Shown here: positions 37,879 through 46,717 of the stretch, one piece after another
How the letters are laid out: every line of letters begins with the position of its first letter
Numbering within the stretch: the stretch's first letter is position 1
Source of the DNA: Rhizobium sp. Q54
GTDB taxonomy: Bacteria; Pseudomonadota; Alphaproteobacteria; Azospirillales; Azospirillaceae
DNA length: 64,000 bases
Direction of reading: 5' to 3'
NCBI GenBank assembly: GCA_943369495.1
Contig: CALRNG020000001.1
Location: 200 to 64,199 of the forward strand
The notes under the pieces: model-generated
What the model was told of the DNA's origin: nothing
The model's input: only the letters and a program-made list of their open reading frames with translations
The model's database searches: none
Program-made: the position numbers and the translations under genes

Positions 37879-39723
37879 TCATTCCCCCCGACCGGTTCCG
37901 GCCTTGCCCGCCGCCCATTCCCGCAGGGCCGCTTCCACTTCCGGTATGACATCGGACCAGTCGGCCCAACGCTTCTGCCGGAACAGGCGCATGCGTGGAT
38001 ACCAGGGGGTCGTGTCCCCCTTCTGCATCCAGCGCCAGCAGCCATCATAGCGCGACAACAGCAGCACGGGAATGTCGAGGCCGCCCGCCAGATGCGCCGT
38101 CGAGGTATCGACGCTGATCACCAGATCAAGGTGGCTGACCAGGGCAGCGGTATCGGCGAAATCCGACAGTTCCGCCGTCCAATCATGGATGGGGAAGGGC
38201 GGGTCGGCCATCTGGGCGGCACCGGCCCCTTTCTGCAGGCTGACGAAGCTGACGCCGGGAACGGTCCCCAGCGAGGCCAGTTTCTTCAGGGCGACGCTGC
38301 GTCGCCGGTCGATGGCGGCGGAAATGGGATCATGGGGGCGCGGATCGCCGGCCCAGACCAGTCCCACCTTCAGCCCCGGCAGGTCCGCCAGGCGCTGCCC
38401 CCAGACATCCTTGTCGGCGGGCGGGCAGGACAGATAGGGCGGGTCATAGAGGATGTTGTCGGGTCGCACCCCCAGCCGGTAGGGCAGCGACATCATGGAG
38501 ATGCCGCAATCCCATTCCGCCGGGTCCTCGTCCCTCGTCACCAGCCGGATGCGTGGATCGCTGAGGCCGAACAGCCGGACCAGGGGTTCGTTGGTGAGCA
38601 GACCTACCTGGGCCCCCCTGTCGGCCAGCAGGCGGACATAGCGGAAGAAATGCAGGCTGTCGCCCAGCCCCTGTTCGCTTTCCACCAGGATGCGGCGACC
38701 GGCCGGATCATCGCCGACCCAGGGGCGCAACTTGTCGATCTTGTACCATTGCAGGGTATAGTGGAAATGCTGGTCGCGCTTTTCATAGACGGCCCAGCCC
38801 CGTTCCCAATCACCCGACCGCAACAGATCACAGGCCAGCAGGAAGGCCGTGGTGACGGGATGATCCTCCCCCAGGGCCGCTTCCAGGGCCATGGTCTTCT
38901 CATAGAGCGGAAAGCTCTTGTCGAACCGGCCTTCAAAGGAATGGATGGTCGCCAGATTGGCCAGGCCGGGCACCATGTCAGGTTCCCGTTCCAGCCCCTT
39001 CTCCAGAGCCTCTACCGCCTCCACAAACCGCCCCTGCGAGCGCAGGACGGCGCCCAGGGTGCACCAGGCCGTTCCCAGTTCCGGCGCCAGTTCCGTGACG
39101 ACCCGCCGGGCCAGCGCCTCGGCCTCCTCAAACTCACCCACTGTTTCCAGGACCGACGCCAGATTGGTCATGGCGACGGGATCGTTGGGATAGAAGGCCA
39201 GTGATTGGCGCAGATTGGTGATGCCGCTGGCATAATCCCGCATGTTCGCCTGGATCAGGCCCAGGGCGCCCAGGACCTGCGGATAGGCGGCATTGATATG
39301 GGCCGCCTCCATGACATAGGGATAGGCGTCGGCATAGGCGAGGCGGGCGATCAGTCCCCGCGCCTCCTCCATCAGCAGATCCAGCAGCAGGCCGCCGGCG
39401 GAATGGGCGGGTACCTGTGCGACCACGGCCCGCAGCAGCCCTGCCGCCCGGCTCCTGTCGCCGGTATCGATCAGGGCGCGGGCCAGTTCGGCCATGGCGT
39501 TGACATGGTCTGGCCGCCGTTCGATCAACCGCTCCAGCACGGCCACCGCCTCGACCGACCGTTCCAGGTGACGCAGGGCGATGCCGTAAAGGAACAACCC
39601 ATCGTCACTACACTGACCTTCTGCATCCAGGGCCGCATACAGGGCGGCCACCCGGGGCTGGTCATCCTCACGGCAGGCCTGCTCGGCGGCCTGATGGCGG
39701 GCGGCGATATCCATGGGGGTCAT
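37879..39723 (-). CDS. TPR-repeat glycosyltransferase (GT9-like C-terminal domain)
   Basis: Many TPRs; 'EQGLGDSLHFFRY', 'VGLVWAG', 'DLVISVDTSTAHLAGGL', 'WRW', 'PWYPRMRLFRQ'. Confidence 0.9.
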   Translation of the reverse strand: MTPMDIAARHQAAEQACREDDQPRVAALYAALDAEGQCSDDGLFLYGIALRHLERSVEAVAVLERLIERRPDHVNAMAELARALIDTGDRSRAAGLLRAVVAQVPAHSAGGLLLDLLMEEARGLIARLAYADAYPYVMEAAHINAAYPQVLGALGLIQANMRDYASGITNLRQSLAFYPNDPVAMTNLASVLETVGEFEEAEALARRVVTELAPELGTAWCTLGAVLRSQGRFVEAVEALEKGLEREPDMVPGLANLATIHSFEGRFDKSFPLYEKTMALEAALGEDHPVTTAFLLACDLLRSGDWERGWAVYEKRDQHFHYTLQWYKIDKLRPWVGDDPAGRRILVESEQGLGDSLHFFRYVRLLADRGAQVGLLTNEPLVRLFGLSDPRIRLVTRDEDPAEWDCGISMMSLPYRLGVRPDNILYDPPYLSCPPADKDVWGQRLADLPGLKVGLVWAGDPRPHDPISAAIDRRRSVALKKLASLGTVPGVSFVSLQKGAGAAQMADPPFPIHDWTAELSDFADTAALVSHLDLVISVDTSTAHLAGGLDIPVLLLSRYDGCWRWMQKGDTTPWYPRMRLFRQKRWADWSDVIPEVEAALREWAAGKAGTGRGE

Positions 39724-40280
39724 TCAGGCTGTTCACGGGTGGCGCCGGGATGGCGCAGATGCAGGCGCGAGACGTCACGACCGGTTGCCACGAAGCCGAG
39801 GCGCGTGTAAAGGGCCAGGGCCCGGCCATTCAGGGGATCGACGGAAAGTGCCAGCCCCTTGCCGACCGCAGCTGCCTGCCGGATGAGATCGCCCAGCAGG
39901 GCGCTGCCGCTGCCCCGACCGCAGGCCGAGGGCAGGAACGCGATATCAACGACCCGCCAGTCGGGGCCGTCCATATCCAGATAAAGCCGACCGACAGGAT
40001 CGGTGCCGCGCAGCAGCAGCCGCCGGGCCGCGTCCGGGTAGCGGCGGCTCCAGTCCTGGCACTGGGCGTCGAACTGCTGGTCACAGAACCAGCGGCACAT
40101 GGCCTCGTCCCAGCCGGTGGCGGCCAGTTCGGCGGCGCGGGTGCTGCGGTAGAGCCGGCGCAGAAAAGGCAGATCGGCGTCCCGTTCGGGACGGACCCGC
40201 AGCCCGGGCGGACGAAGGGCAGGCCCCCTTGCGGTTGCCTGCCCTCCTTCCTTCCGGTCCATTGCGGACGATGGCGTCAT
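39720..40280 (-). CDS. GNAT family N-acetyltransferase
   Basis: 'FLRRLYRSTR', 'QQFDAQ', 'VDIAFLP..CGRGSG', 'LYTRLGF'. Confidence 0.88.
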   Translation of the reverse strand: MTPSSAMDRKEGGQATARGPALRPPGLRVRPERDADLPFLRRLYRSTRAAELAATGWDEAMCRWFCDQQFDAQCQDWSRRYPDAARRLLLRGTDPVGRLYLDMDGPDWRVVDIAFLPSACGRGSGSALLGDLIRQAAAVGKGLALSVDPLNGRALALYTRLGFVATGRDVSRLHLRHPGATREQPE

Positions 40281-40283
40281 GCG

Positions 40284-40844
40284 TCAGTTCCGGGATGGCC
40301 ACGTCCCATCAAAGCAGATGCAATAGCGCATGACCAGCATCGGGGAGCGGTTTTCATGCGCCGTATTGCCGCCAGCCACCGACAGTGCGCTCGGCGCCAT
40401 CGTACTCAGGGTCGGGCTCAGCGTCGAATTGATATACATGCCCAGCCCGTAGGCGCGGGTGCCCGGCGGCCGATACTGTGGGTTGGAAGGAACAGCGGTC
40501 GAACCGGGAGCCGTCACGCGCACCACGGAGAGCTGCGATACCATGCTGTGGTCATGGGACGGGATCTGAGCGATGTTCAGGGTCACTATGGCCTGACCCA
40601 GGGTCGCGGCCACCGGGTAGGGACCACCGGCGGCGGTGCTCGTGCCCGAATAGCCCAGAACCACCCGCCCGTTCAGGTTGGGAACGGCGAAGGTGGTCTT
40701 ACCGTCGCCGCCATATGTGATGCCAAGGATGGCGGCCAGCGCCTGATACTGTTGGATGGAGTGGAGAGACCCATCGCATGTCAGCCAGCCGGCGGGCGTG
40801 AACATATACGGGAAGGCCCGGATTTCACCAATGAACGCGTCCAT
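40284..40844 (-). CDS. Phage tail-collar domain protein (microcystin-dependent-protein-like), paralog 3
   Basis: 'FIGEIRAF', 'GWLTCDG', 'TFAVPNLNGR', 'IPSHDH', 'HENRSP...YCI'. Confidence 0.9.
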   Translation of the reverse strand: MDAFIGEIRAFPYMFTPAGWLTCDGSLHSIQQYQALAAILGITYGGDGKTTFAVPNLNGRVVLGYSGTSTAAGGPYPVAATLGQAIVTLNIAQIPSHDHSMVSQLSVVRVTAPGSTAVPSNPQYRPPGTRAYGLGMYINSTLSPTLSTMAPSALSVAGGNTAHENRSPMLVMRYCICFDGTWPSRN

Positions 40845-40860
40845 TTATGCCTCCCTTTGC

Positions 40861-41394
40861 TCACGCCGCCGGATATAAGCCGTTCAGCGCGATGATGTAA
40901 CGCATGGCCATGGACGGCATCATGTTCATATGCGCCTGTCCGCCGCCGTTCGGCAGGATGACCCCCGCCGCCATGGTCACCGAGACGTTGGTGGCGTTGG
41001 CGGGAGTGTAGAGGTTGAAGCTGTCGCTGGGATCGGCCAGGACGGCATTGATGGGGGACGTGCTGGTGGCCGCGTTGGTCGTCGCCATCTCCGGATGGCT
41101 ATGCAGCGGCAGCTGCGCCTCGGTCAGGGTGACGGCGGTGACGCCACCGGCCTGGCCCAGTTTATAGGGGGAAATACCGGTCCCGCCGCTGGTGCCATAG
41201 CCGATGGGCAGGCGGCCCCGCAGGTCCGGTACCGCGAAGGTCGTTGAGCCGTCCCCGCCATAGACGGTACCCAGCAACGCGAACAGCTCCTGATGGGAGG
41301 CAATATTCAGGATGCTTCCGTCACATTCCTGCCAGTCGGCAGGAACATAAGTGCCGGCGAACAGTCGGATTTCGCCAATATAATAATCGCTCAT
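40861..41394 (-). CDS. Phage tail-collar domain protein, paralog 2
   Basis: 'YIGEIRLFAG', 'WQECDG', 'TFAVPDLRGR', 'LPLHSH', 'HMNMMP...YII'. Confidence 0.9.
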   Translation of the reverse strand: MSDYYIGEIRLFAGTYVPADWQECDGSILNIASHQELFALLGTVYGGDGSTTFAVPDLRGRLPIGYGTSGGTGISPYKLGQAGGVTAVTLTEAQLPLHSHPEMATTNAATSTSPINAVLADPSDSFNLYTPANATNVSVTMAAGVILPNGGGQAHMNMMPSMAMRYIIALNGLYPAA

Positions 41395-41417
41395 GACATG
41401 TCTCCCTTGCCAGGCGG

Positions 41418-41981
41418 TCAGTTGCGGGCCGGATAAATGCCGTTAGTGGCGATGCAATAGCTGAGGGCCAGGAACGGCTGCCGGTTCTCATGCCCGCCAC
41501 TGCCGCCGGCATTGCCGACGATCGACGTGCTCAGCGTCGTCATGGGCGACGCCGCGGGGCCATATAGGGCCGGCGGTGCTGGCTGCGGTGCCGGTACCTG
41601 CGACGGGATGGACGTGATGGCGAAATAACTGTTGGCCGGGTTCGCCGATGCATTGGCTGTGAGGGCCTGCTGATTGGCGGCGACAACCGTGTGGGTATGG
41701 GCCGGCATCTGGGCAACCGACAGGGTCACCGTTTCGGCGCCCGCCGTGTTGCCGACAGTGGGCGGCATGCCCAAGGCGCTGCCATTCATGCCGGCGATGG
41801 CCCGGCCATTGAGGTTCGGCAGATTGAAATTTGTGCCGTTGCCTCCGAACTGGATCCCCAGCAGGGAGTACAGGGCCGTATTCTGCTGGATCACCAGCGA
41901 CTGACCATTGCAGGCCACCCATCCATGGGGGATGTTCTGGTACGGGAAAAGACGGATTTCACCAATGAAATAGTCGGACAC
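41418..41981 (-). CDS. Phage tail-collar domain protein, paralog 1
   Basis: GTG start; 'FIGEIRLF', 'GWVACNG', 'FNLPNLNGR', 'MPAHTH', 'HENRQP...YCI'. Confidence 0.9.
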   Translation of the reverse strand: MSDYFIGEIRLFPYQNIPHGWVACNGQSLVIQQNTALYSLLGIQFGGNGTNFNLPNLNGRAIAGMNGSALGMPPTVGNTAGAETVTLSVAQMPAHTHTVVAANQQALTANASANPANSYFAITSIPSQVPAPQPAPPALYGPAASPMTTLSTSIVGNAGGSGGHENRQPFLALSYCIATNGIYPARN

Positions 41982-42386
41982 GGTTGCCTCCCTATTAGGC
42001 ATAGCCTGACAACCAACCTTGCGACGAACAGGGTTGTTCCGTACAAGGAAGATTGTTGCCAGGAAGTCATATATCCACCCCTGGATGCAAGCGGTATGAA
42101 GATTTAAGGTTGTTTTTCCTGGAAGGGACATAATACAATAATCATTACATGATCGCTGACCGTCCGTTCATAAACGGTATATGAACAACCATATATCTGG
42201 CCGCTCTGCCGGCTCCCGATGCCCCTGCGGCCCTGTCTCCCCGAGTCTGGTATGGCTGAACCGGAAGGGACGCCACCCTTGTCAGGGACGGGTGTATCCT
42301 TTATGATCGCAATCAGTAGAAGAGTGGCTGGGGTCTGCTTCTTCACCCTGCCCCCGCTGTCGTGCAGACACGTACAGGATATGGAT

Positions 42387-42548
42387 ATGAACGCTCCCAA
42401 GACGGTCGGAACCTCCGATCATGCCGCCGGCCAGGATGCGGATCGTCTTCCCTGGACGGCACCCGTCCTGGGCGTCTATGATGCCGCCCGCCTGACGCTG
42501 GGTACCAGCGACCAGACAAATGATAGCGGTCTGAACACCCATTCCTGA
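42387..42548 (+). CDS. Lasso peptide precursor (53 aa; predicted core GTSDQTNDSGLNTHS)
   Basis: Leader 'WTAPVL' ([Y/W]xxPxL), Thr at -2, core Gly1 and Asp8; 12 bp upstream of the cyclase; AGGA RBS. Alternative ATG at 42381. Confidence 0.88.
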   Translation: MNAPKTVGTSDHAAGQDADRLPWTAPVLGVYDAARLTLGTSDQTNDSGLNTHS

Positions 42549-42560
42549 GCCGTTCCTCCC

Positions 42561-44459
42561 ATGTTTCTGGCAGCAACGGGCCCAGTGACGCGTGGTCTCA
42601 GCCACCATGTTCCATCCGGCCTGAGAGCTGTTGGCCTTCACCAAGATGCCGACTGCGGCATCGTCGGTTTTGACCATGAGCCCTCGTCCCCCGGACGAGG
42701 GCGCCCTCAGCCGCGTTCCCTTCCTCGCAGCCCCTCCGGGGCGGTAACCCTGATCAGCGGGGCGCTCTACAATCTTCCCGATCTGGCGTCCGCCCTGGGG
42801 ATGGACCCGTCTTCGGCTCCCGCATTGCTGGTCGATGCCGTCATCGACCGTTGGGGGACGGAGGGACTTGCCCGCCTCAATGGCGATTACGCCCTGGTCC
42901 GCTGGTCGCCGCATAACCGCTCGCTGCTGCTGGCGGCCTGCCCCATGGGTTGGAACAGCCTTTATCATGCGGCCACGCCCGACGGTATCCTGGTGGCCAG
43001 CCGCCCCAGCTGGCTGCTGGCCTTTCCCGAAGTCGATGCCGAACCGGACATCGATACGCTGGCCCTGCGGTTGGCCAAGATGGAGAACCGGGTCGGCGAC
43101 CGCACCCCCTGGCGCCATATAAGGCGCCTGCAGCCGGGTCAGTATCTGGAATGGCGGGACGGGTCCACGCGCATCGCCCCCTTCTGGTCACCGGTGCCGC
43201 GCCGCACCCTGCGCTTGCCCCGCGATGGGGATTATGTGGAGGCCGCGCGCGAGCATCTGGACCGCGCCGTCGCCGCCCGCTGTCCCACGGGGACGCCCAT
43301 CCTGTGCCTGCTGTCGGCGGGGCTGGATTCCCCCGGCATCGTTGCCACGGCGGCCCAATGCCACGACGCGCCCATCCATACGCTGACGGTCCGCGCCGAC
43401 CCAACGGCTCCCCTGCTGGAACCCGGTGCCTGGCACTTCGGGGATGAATGGGAACGCCTGCAGCCCTTCCGGGACCGCTACCCATCCCTGACGGCGCATG
43501 TGGCCGATGCCTGGCAGCCCGATCTGGCCATGGAATTTCCAGGCGGGATGTTGCAAAGCCGTGACTGGCCCTTCAAGAGCCCGTATCAGATCGCCTGGGC
43601 CACGCTTCCCTTGGAACGGGCGGTCCGCGAGCAGGGCATCCAGGTTGTCATAAGCGGTGATGCGGGTAATGTCACGCTGAGCTATACGGGCAGCCATGTG
43701 GCCGCCGACCAGATGCTGGCGGGGCGCTGGTTGCCGGCCTGGCGCAACCTCATTCCCTATCGGGATGATTGGACCGGACGTCCCCGTGCGCTCTGGAACC
43801 AGGGATTGCTTCCCTTGCTATCTCCCGCCATACGCCGGCAGGTGCGCCGTCTGCGTGGCAAGACTGATTACTGGTGGCAGGAATGGAGCAGCATCCAGCC
43901 AGAGGTGGCGCAACGCCTGCAACTGGACGACCATGACCGGCCTGGGATCCGGACGGGTTCCCCTGACCTGGACAGGCATATCCATATCCTTGACCGCCAC
44001 CGTCATAACACCGCCCAATATGCCCATTTCCTGCAAGGGCAGAGCTGGTCCTGGCGCGACCCCTATACCGACCTGGCCCTGGTGGAATTCTGCCTGTCGC
44101 TGCCGCGCGATCAGTTCCGCCGGGACGGGGTCAACCGCCTGCTGGCCCGCCGGACCCTGGCCGACCGCGTGCCGGACACGATCCTGAATGAACGCCGTAT
44201 CGGGCTGCAACATGCCGACTGGTATGGCTGGATGAGCCGGCGGCGCGGCTGGATGGCGGCCGAGATCGACCGGATCGAACGCTCGCCCCTGGCCTGTTCC
44301 ATCCTGGACACGCGCCATATGCGCGCCATCCTGGACGCCTGGCCCGCCACGCCGGCAGACGCCGGGCGCTTCCCCACCTCCCACCGGCTGCGCAAGGGGC
44401 TGGGTGAGGCCTTGCGGGTGGGGCAGTTCATCTTGATGCAGGAAGGCCGCAATGAGTGA
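42561..44459 (+). CDS. Lasso peptide cyclase (asparagine synthetase-like, C protein)
   Basis: 'LNGDYALVRW', ATP motif 'LSAGLDS', 'SGDAG', 'DPYTDLALVEFCLSLP'; lacks the N-terminal Cys of true AsnB. Confidence 0.88.
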   Translation: MFLAATGPVTRGLSHHVPSGLRAVGLHQDADCGIVGFDHEPSSPGRGRPQPRSLPRSPSGAVTLISGALYNLPDLASALGMDPSSAPALLVDAVIDRWGTEGLARLNGDYALVRWSPHNRSLLLAACPMGWNSLYHAATPDGILVASRPSWLLAFPEVDAEPDIDTLALRLAKMENRVGDRTPWRHIRRLQPGQYLEWRDGSTRIAPFWSPVPRRTLRLPRDGDYVEAAREHLDRAVAARCPTGTPILCLLSAGLDSPGIVATAAQCHDAPIHTLTVRADPTAPLLEPGAWHFGDEWERLQPFRDRYPSLTAHVADAWQPDLAMEFPGGMLQSRDWPFKSPYQIAWATLPLERAVREQGIQVVISGDAGNVTLSYTGSHVAADQMLAGRWLPAWRNLIPYRDDWTGRPRALWNQGLLPLLSPAIRRQVRRLRGKTDYWWQEWSSIQPEVAQRLQLDDHDRPGIRTGSPDLDRHIHILDRHRHNTAQYAHFLQGQSWSWRDPYTDLALVEFCLSLPRDQFRRDGVNRLLARRTLADRVPDTILNERRIGLQHADWYGWMSRRRGWMAAEIDRIERSPLACSILDTRHMRAILDAWPATPADAGRFPTSHRLRKGLGEALRVGQFILMQEGRNE

Positions 44460-45417
44460 GCCCGATCTGCCGCTGATGCCGGTAACGGCCGCACCCTCGG
44501 CGGAGGGGGGGCGCTTCCTGCTGCGCCCCGTGGGGCCGGCGGATTTCCTATTCGGCCTGCATAATCGTCCGCCGGGCGCCAATCACCCCCCCCTCTTGCT
44601 GCAAGAGGTTGCCATCCGCGCCCATGTGCCGGTGGGCCCCATCCTGCCGCCGATCCTGTCCATCTGGCACCTGACGCGCTGCGGTTCCACCCTGACGGCC
44701 CGCATGCTGTCCTGCATCGAGGCGTTGCAGGTGACGGACGAGCCGGGGGCGCTGGTCGATATCTGCGGTGCCTTCTGGGGCCTGGTGCCGGCCGCCGACC
44801 GGCTGCCGGCGCTGGATATGACCCTGCGGTCGCTGGGGCAGCGGCTGCGGCCGGGGGCGCGCCATCTGGTGGTGAAACAATCGCTGCGCAGCGGGCAGGA
44901 ACTGGACCTGTTCACGCGGCTGCATCCCGACATGCACCGGCTGCTGATCATCCGCGATCCCCTGGAAATCCTGGTGTCGAACCTGCGCAAGCCGCCCGGC
45001 TGGCTGAAATTGCGTAACGTGGTCTGGTCGCCGCTGCTGTCGGGCGTGGGGATGGCTACGCAGCGCGGCCTCAGCGACGCGGAATTCATCGCCCGCTGCC
45101 TGGGCCGCGCCTTCACCGCCATGGCCCGGATGGTGGAAAAGGACCCCGCTGCCTGGCTGATCCTGGATTACACGGAGCTGCCGGGGGCCGTGACGACCCG
45201 GTTGCTGCCGCGCCTGGGCATCACGCCCGGCCCGGACGAACGGGCAGCCATGGAGGAGGCCACGCGTTTGGAGGCCTGGAACCGCAAGGGCCGCCAGCCC
45301 TTTCAGGACGACCGCGCTGACAAGCAGGCCGCCGCCACCCCGGAAATGCACGCCCTGTGCGACCGGTTCCTGCGGGAACCCTGGCAGCGGCTGGCGCTGT
45401 TGCGGCAGCCGTCATGA
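44452..45417 (+). CDS. Sulfotransferase-like protein
   Basis: 'WHLTRCGSTL', 'IIRDPLEILVS', 'LDYTELP', 'FQDDRADKQ'; overlaps the cyclase stop. Confidence 0.7.
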   Translation: MSEPDLPLMPVTAAPSAEGGRFLLRPVGPADFLFGLHNRPPGANHPPLLLQEVAIRAHVPVGPILPPILSIWHLTRCGSTLTARMLSCIEALQVTDEPGALVDICGAFWGLVPAADRLPALDMTLRSLGQRLRPGARHLVVKQSLRSGQELDLFTRLHPDMHRLLIIRDPLEILVSNLRKPPGWLKLRNVVWSPLLSGVGMATQRGLSDAEFIARCLGRAFTAMARMVEKDPAAWLILDYTELPGAVTTRLLPRLGITPGPDERAAMEEATRLEAWNRKGRQPFQDDRADKQAAATPEMHALCDRFLREPWQRLALLRQPS

Positions 45418-46320
45418 AGGATGGCCGGTGACCAGGGCCTCCACGGCGGTGGCCAGGGCCGGCAGGTCGGCCAGATCATCGGTCCGTTCCAGCCGGAAGA
45501 CAGGCGTGGCGCGTGCCAGCGTCACCGCCCAGTCCAGGGCGGTACGGCCCTGGTCCAGCGCACGGCTGAATTCGGGCCGGTAGAGACAGCGCAGCAGCAG
45601 GGCGGCCGCCGCGTGCGGATCGGCCCGTTCCAGGTGCTGTTCCATCCCCCGTGACAGGACCAGCACCAGGCCCAAGGGCATGGGGGCGGGATGGAACCGG
45701 TCCGGCATCGGGATGATGTATTTCTCCAGCCCGTCGCGCACGCGCCGACCAGGGTCCACCGCGTCGCCGGCCAGCGCCGCGGTCCCTGCCCATAGTTTCA
45801 TGGCCGGAAAGCCGGGATGCACTGCCCGTGTGCCGGGGTCGATCACGGCCTGATCATCGCTGACCAGCTCATGGCCCCGCGCGATCAGGGTACGGGCCAG
45901 GGTCGATTTGCCCGCCCCGCTGTCACCGGCCAGGGCCACGGCCATCGGACCTATCGCCACCACGCAGGCATGCATCGGTGGCCGCCCGCGCTGGCACATC
46001 AGCCAGCCGAGCGGCGGCCCGCAGAGCAGGGCATGCAGTTCGGCATCACTGATCTCCGGCGGCAGGTCCGCCGTGATTTCCCGACCCTCCCGGATCAGGA
46101 AACGCGCCCCCCGCACAGCCTGATGCAGGCCGGTGCCATCGGCATAGATAGACAGGCGCCGTGCCTGACGGGTTGGGCTTCCCGCCGGAACCGCCACCGG
46201 GGCGAAGCGCAGCACAACATCCACGGGACGCGCCGGATCGGGTTCCGGCCACTGGAAAGGCAAGGGGCACGGGCTGGACAGGGTCAGCCCGTAAATCCGG
46301 TACCGGTGCTCGCCGGTCAT
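45412..46320 (-). CDS. HPr-kinase-like kinase (lasso peptide kinase type)
   Basis: 'YRIYGL', 'MHAC', Walker A 'GDSGAGKST', 'VSDD', 'PGFPAMKLW'. Confidence 0.88.
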   Translation of the reverse strand: MTGEHRYRIYGLTLSSPCPLPFQWPEPDPARPVDVVLRFAPVAVPAGSPTRQARRLSIYADGTGLHQAVRGARFLIREGREITADLPPEISDAELHALLCGPPLGWLMCQRGRPPMHACVVAIGPMAVALAGDSGAGKSTLARTLIARGHELVSDDQAVIDPGTRAVHPGFPAMKLWAGTAALAGDAVDPGRRVRDGLEKYIIPMPDRFHPAPMPLGLVLVLSRGMEQHLERADPHAAAALLLRCLYRPEFSRALDQGRTALDWAVTLARATPVFRLERTDDLADLPALATAVEALVTGHPS

Positions 46321-46432
46321 CTCGCCTCTTTCCACCCCGGTCAGGCCACCCTTGAGCCATGACATTTACAGCGCCGCTCTGGCTCTGCCATAAATGCCGG
46401 TCTGTTGCCATGGTGAAAAGCAGGCCGCCTTC

Positions 46433-46717
46433 ATGAGCTTCCTCCCCGATACGATCTTCATCCGCGCGTCCGGTCCGCTGACCACCGAGGTGGATGGCGA
46501 ACTGGTGATGCTGGATGTCGAGAGCGGCAGCTATTTCAACCTGGACCGTATCGGTACCGCCATCTGGGGGCTGCTGGCAAATCCCGTGCATTTCGAGGAT
46601 CTGTGCCAGGACCTGCACGCCCGCTATGACGCGCCGCTGGAGACGATCCGTGCGGATGTCGCGGCCCTCTTGTCCCGGATGCTGGAGCATAAGCTGGTGA
46701 GGACGGAGATGCCGTGA
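46433..46717 (+). CDS. PqqD-family RiPP recognition element (lasso B1)
   Basis: 'EVDGELVMLDVESGSYFNLDRIGTAIWGLL...LHARYD...DVAALL'. Confidence 0.92.
   Translation: MSFLPDTIFIRASGPLTTEVDGELVMLDVESGSYFNLDRIGTAIWGLLANPVHFEDLCQDLHARYDAPLETIRADVAALLSRMLEHKLVRTEMP

Noticed and set aside
40284-41981. Prophage remnant
   Set aside because: No other phage structural, packaging or integrase genes; the three genes are intact and in an operon with tailoring enzymes.
42219-42386. N-terminal extension of the precursor ORF (109-aa call)
   Set aside because: The RBS and typical lasso precursor size support a start at 42387 or 42381.
42561-44459. Housekeeping asparagine synthetase
   Set aside because: Lacks the N-terminal catalytic Cys and sits beside a lasso precursor, with B1 and B2 nearby.
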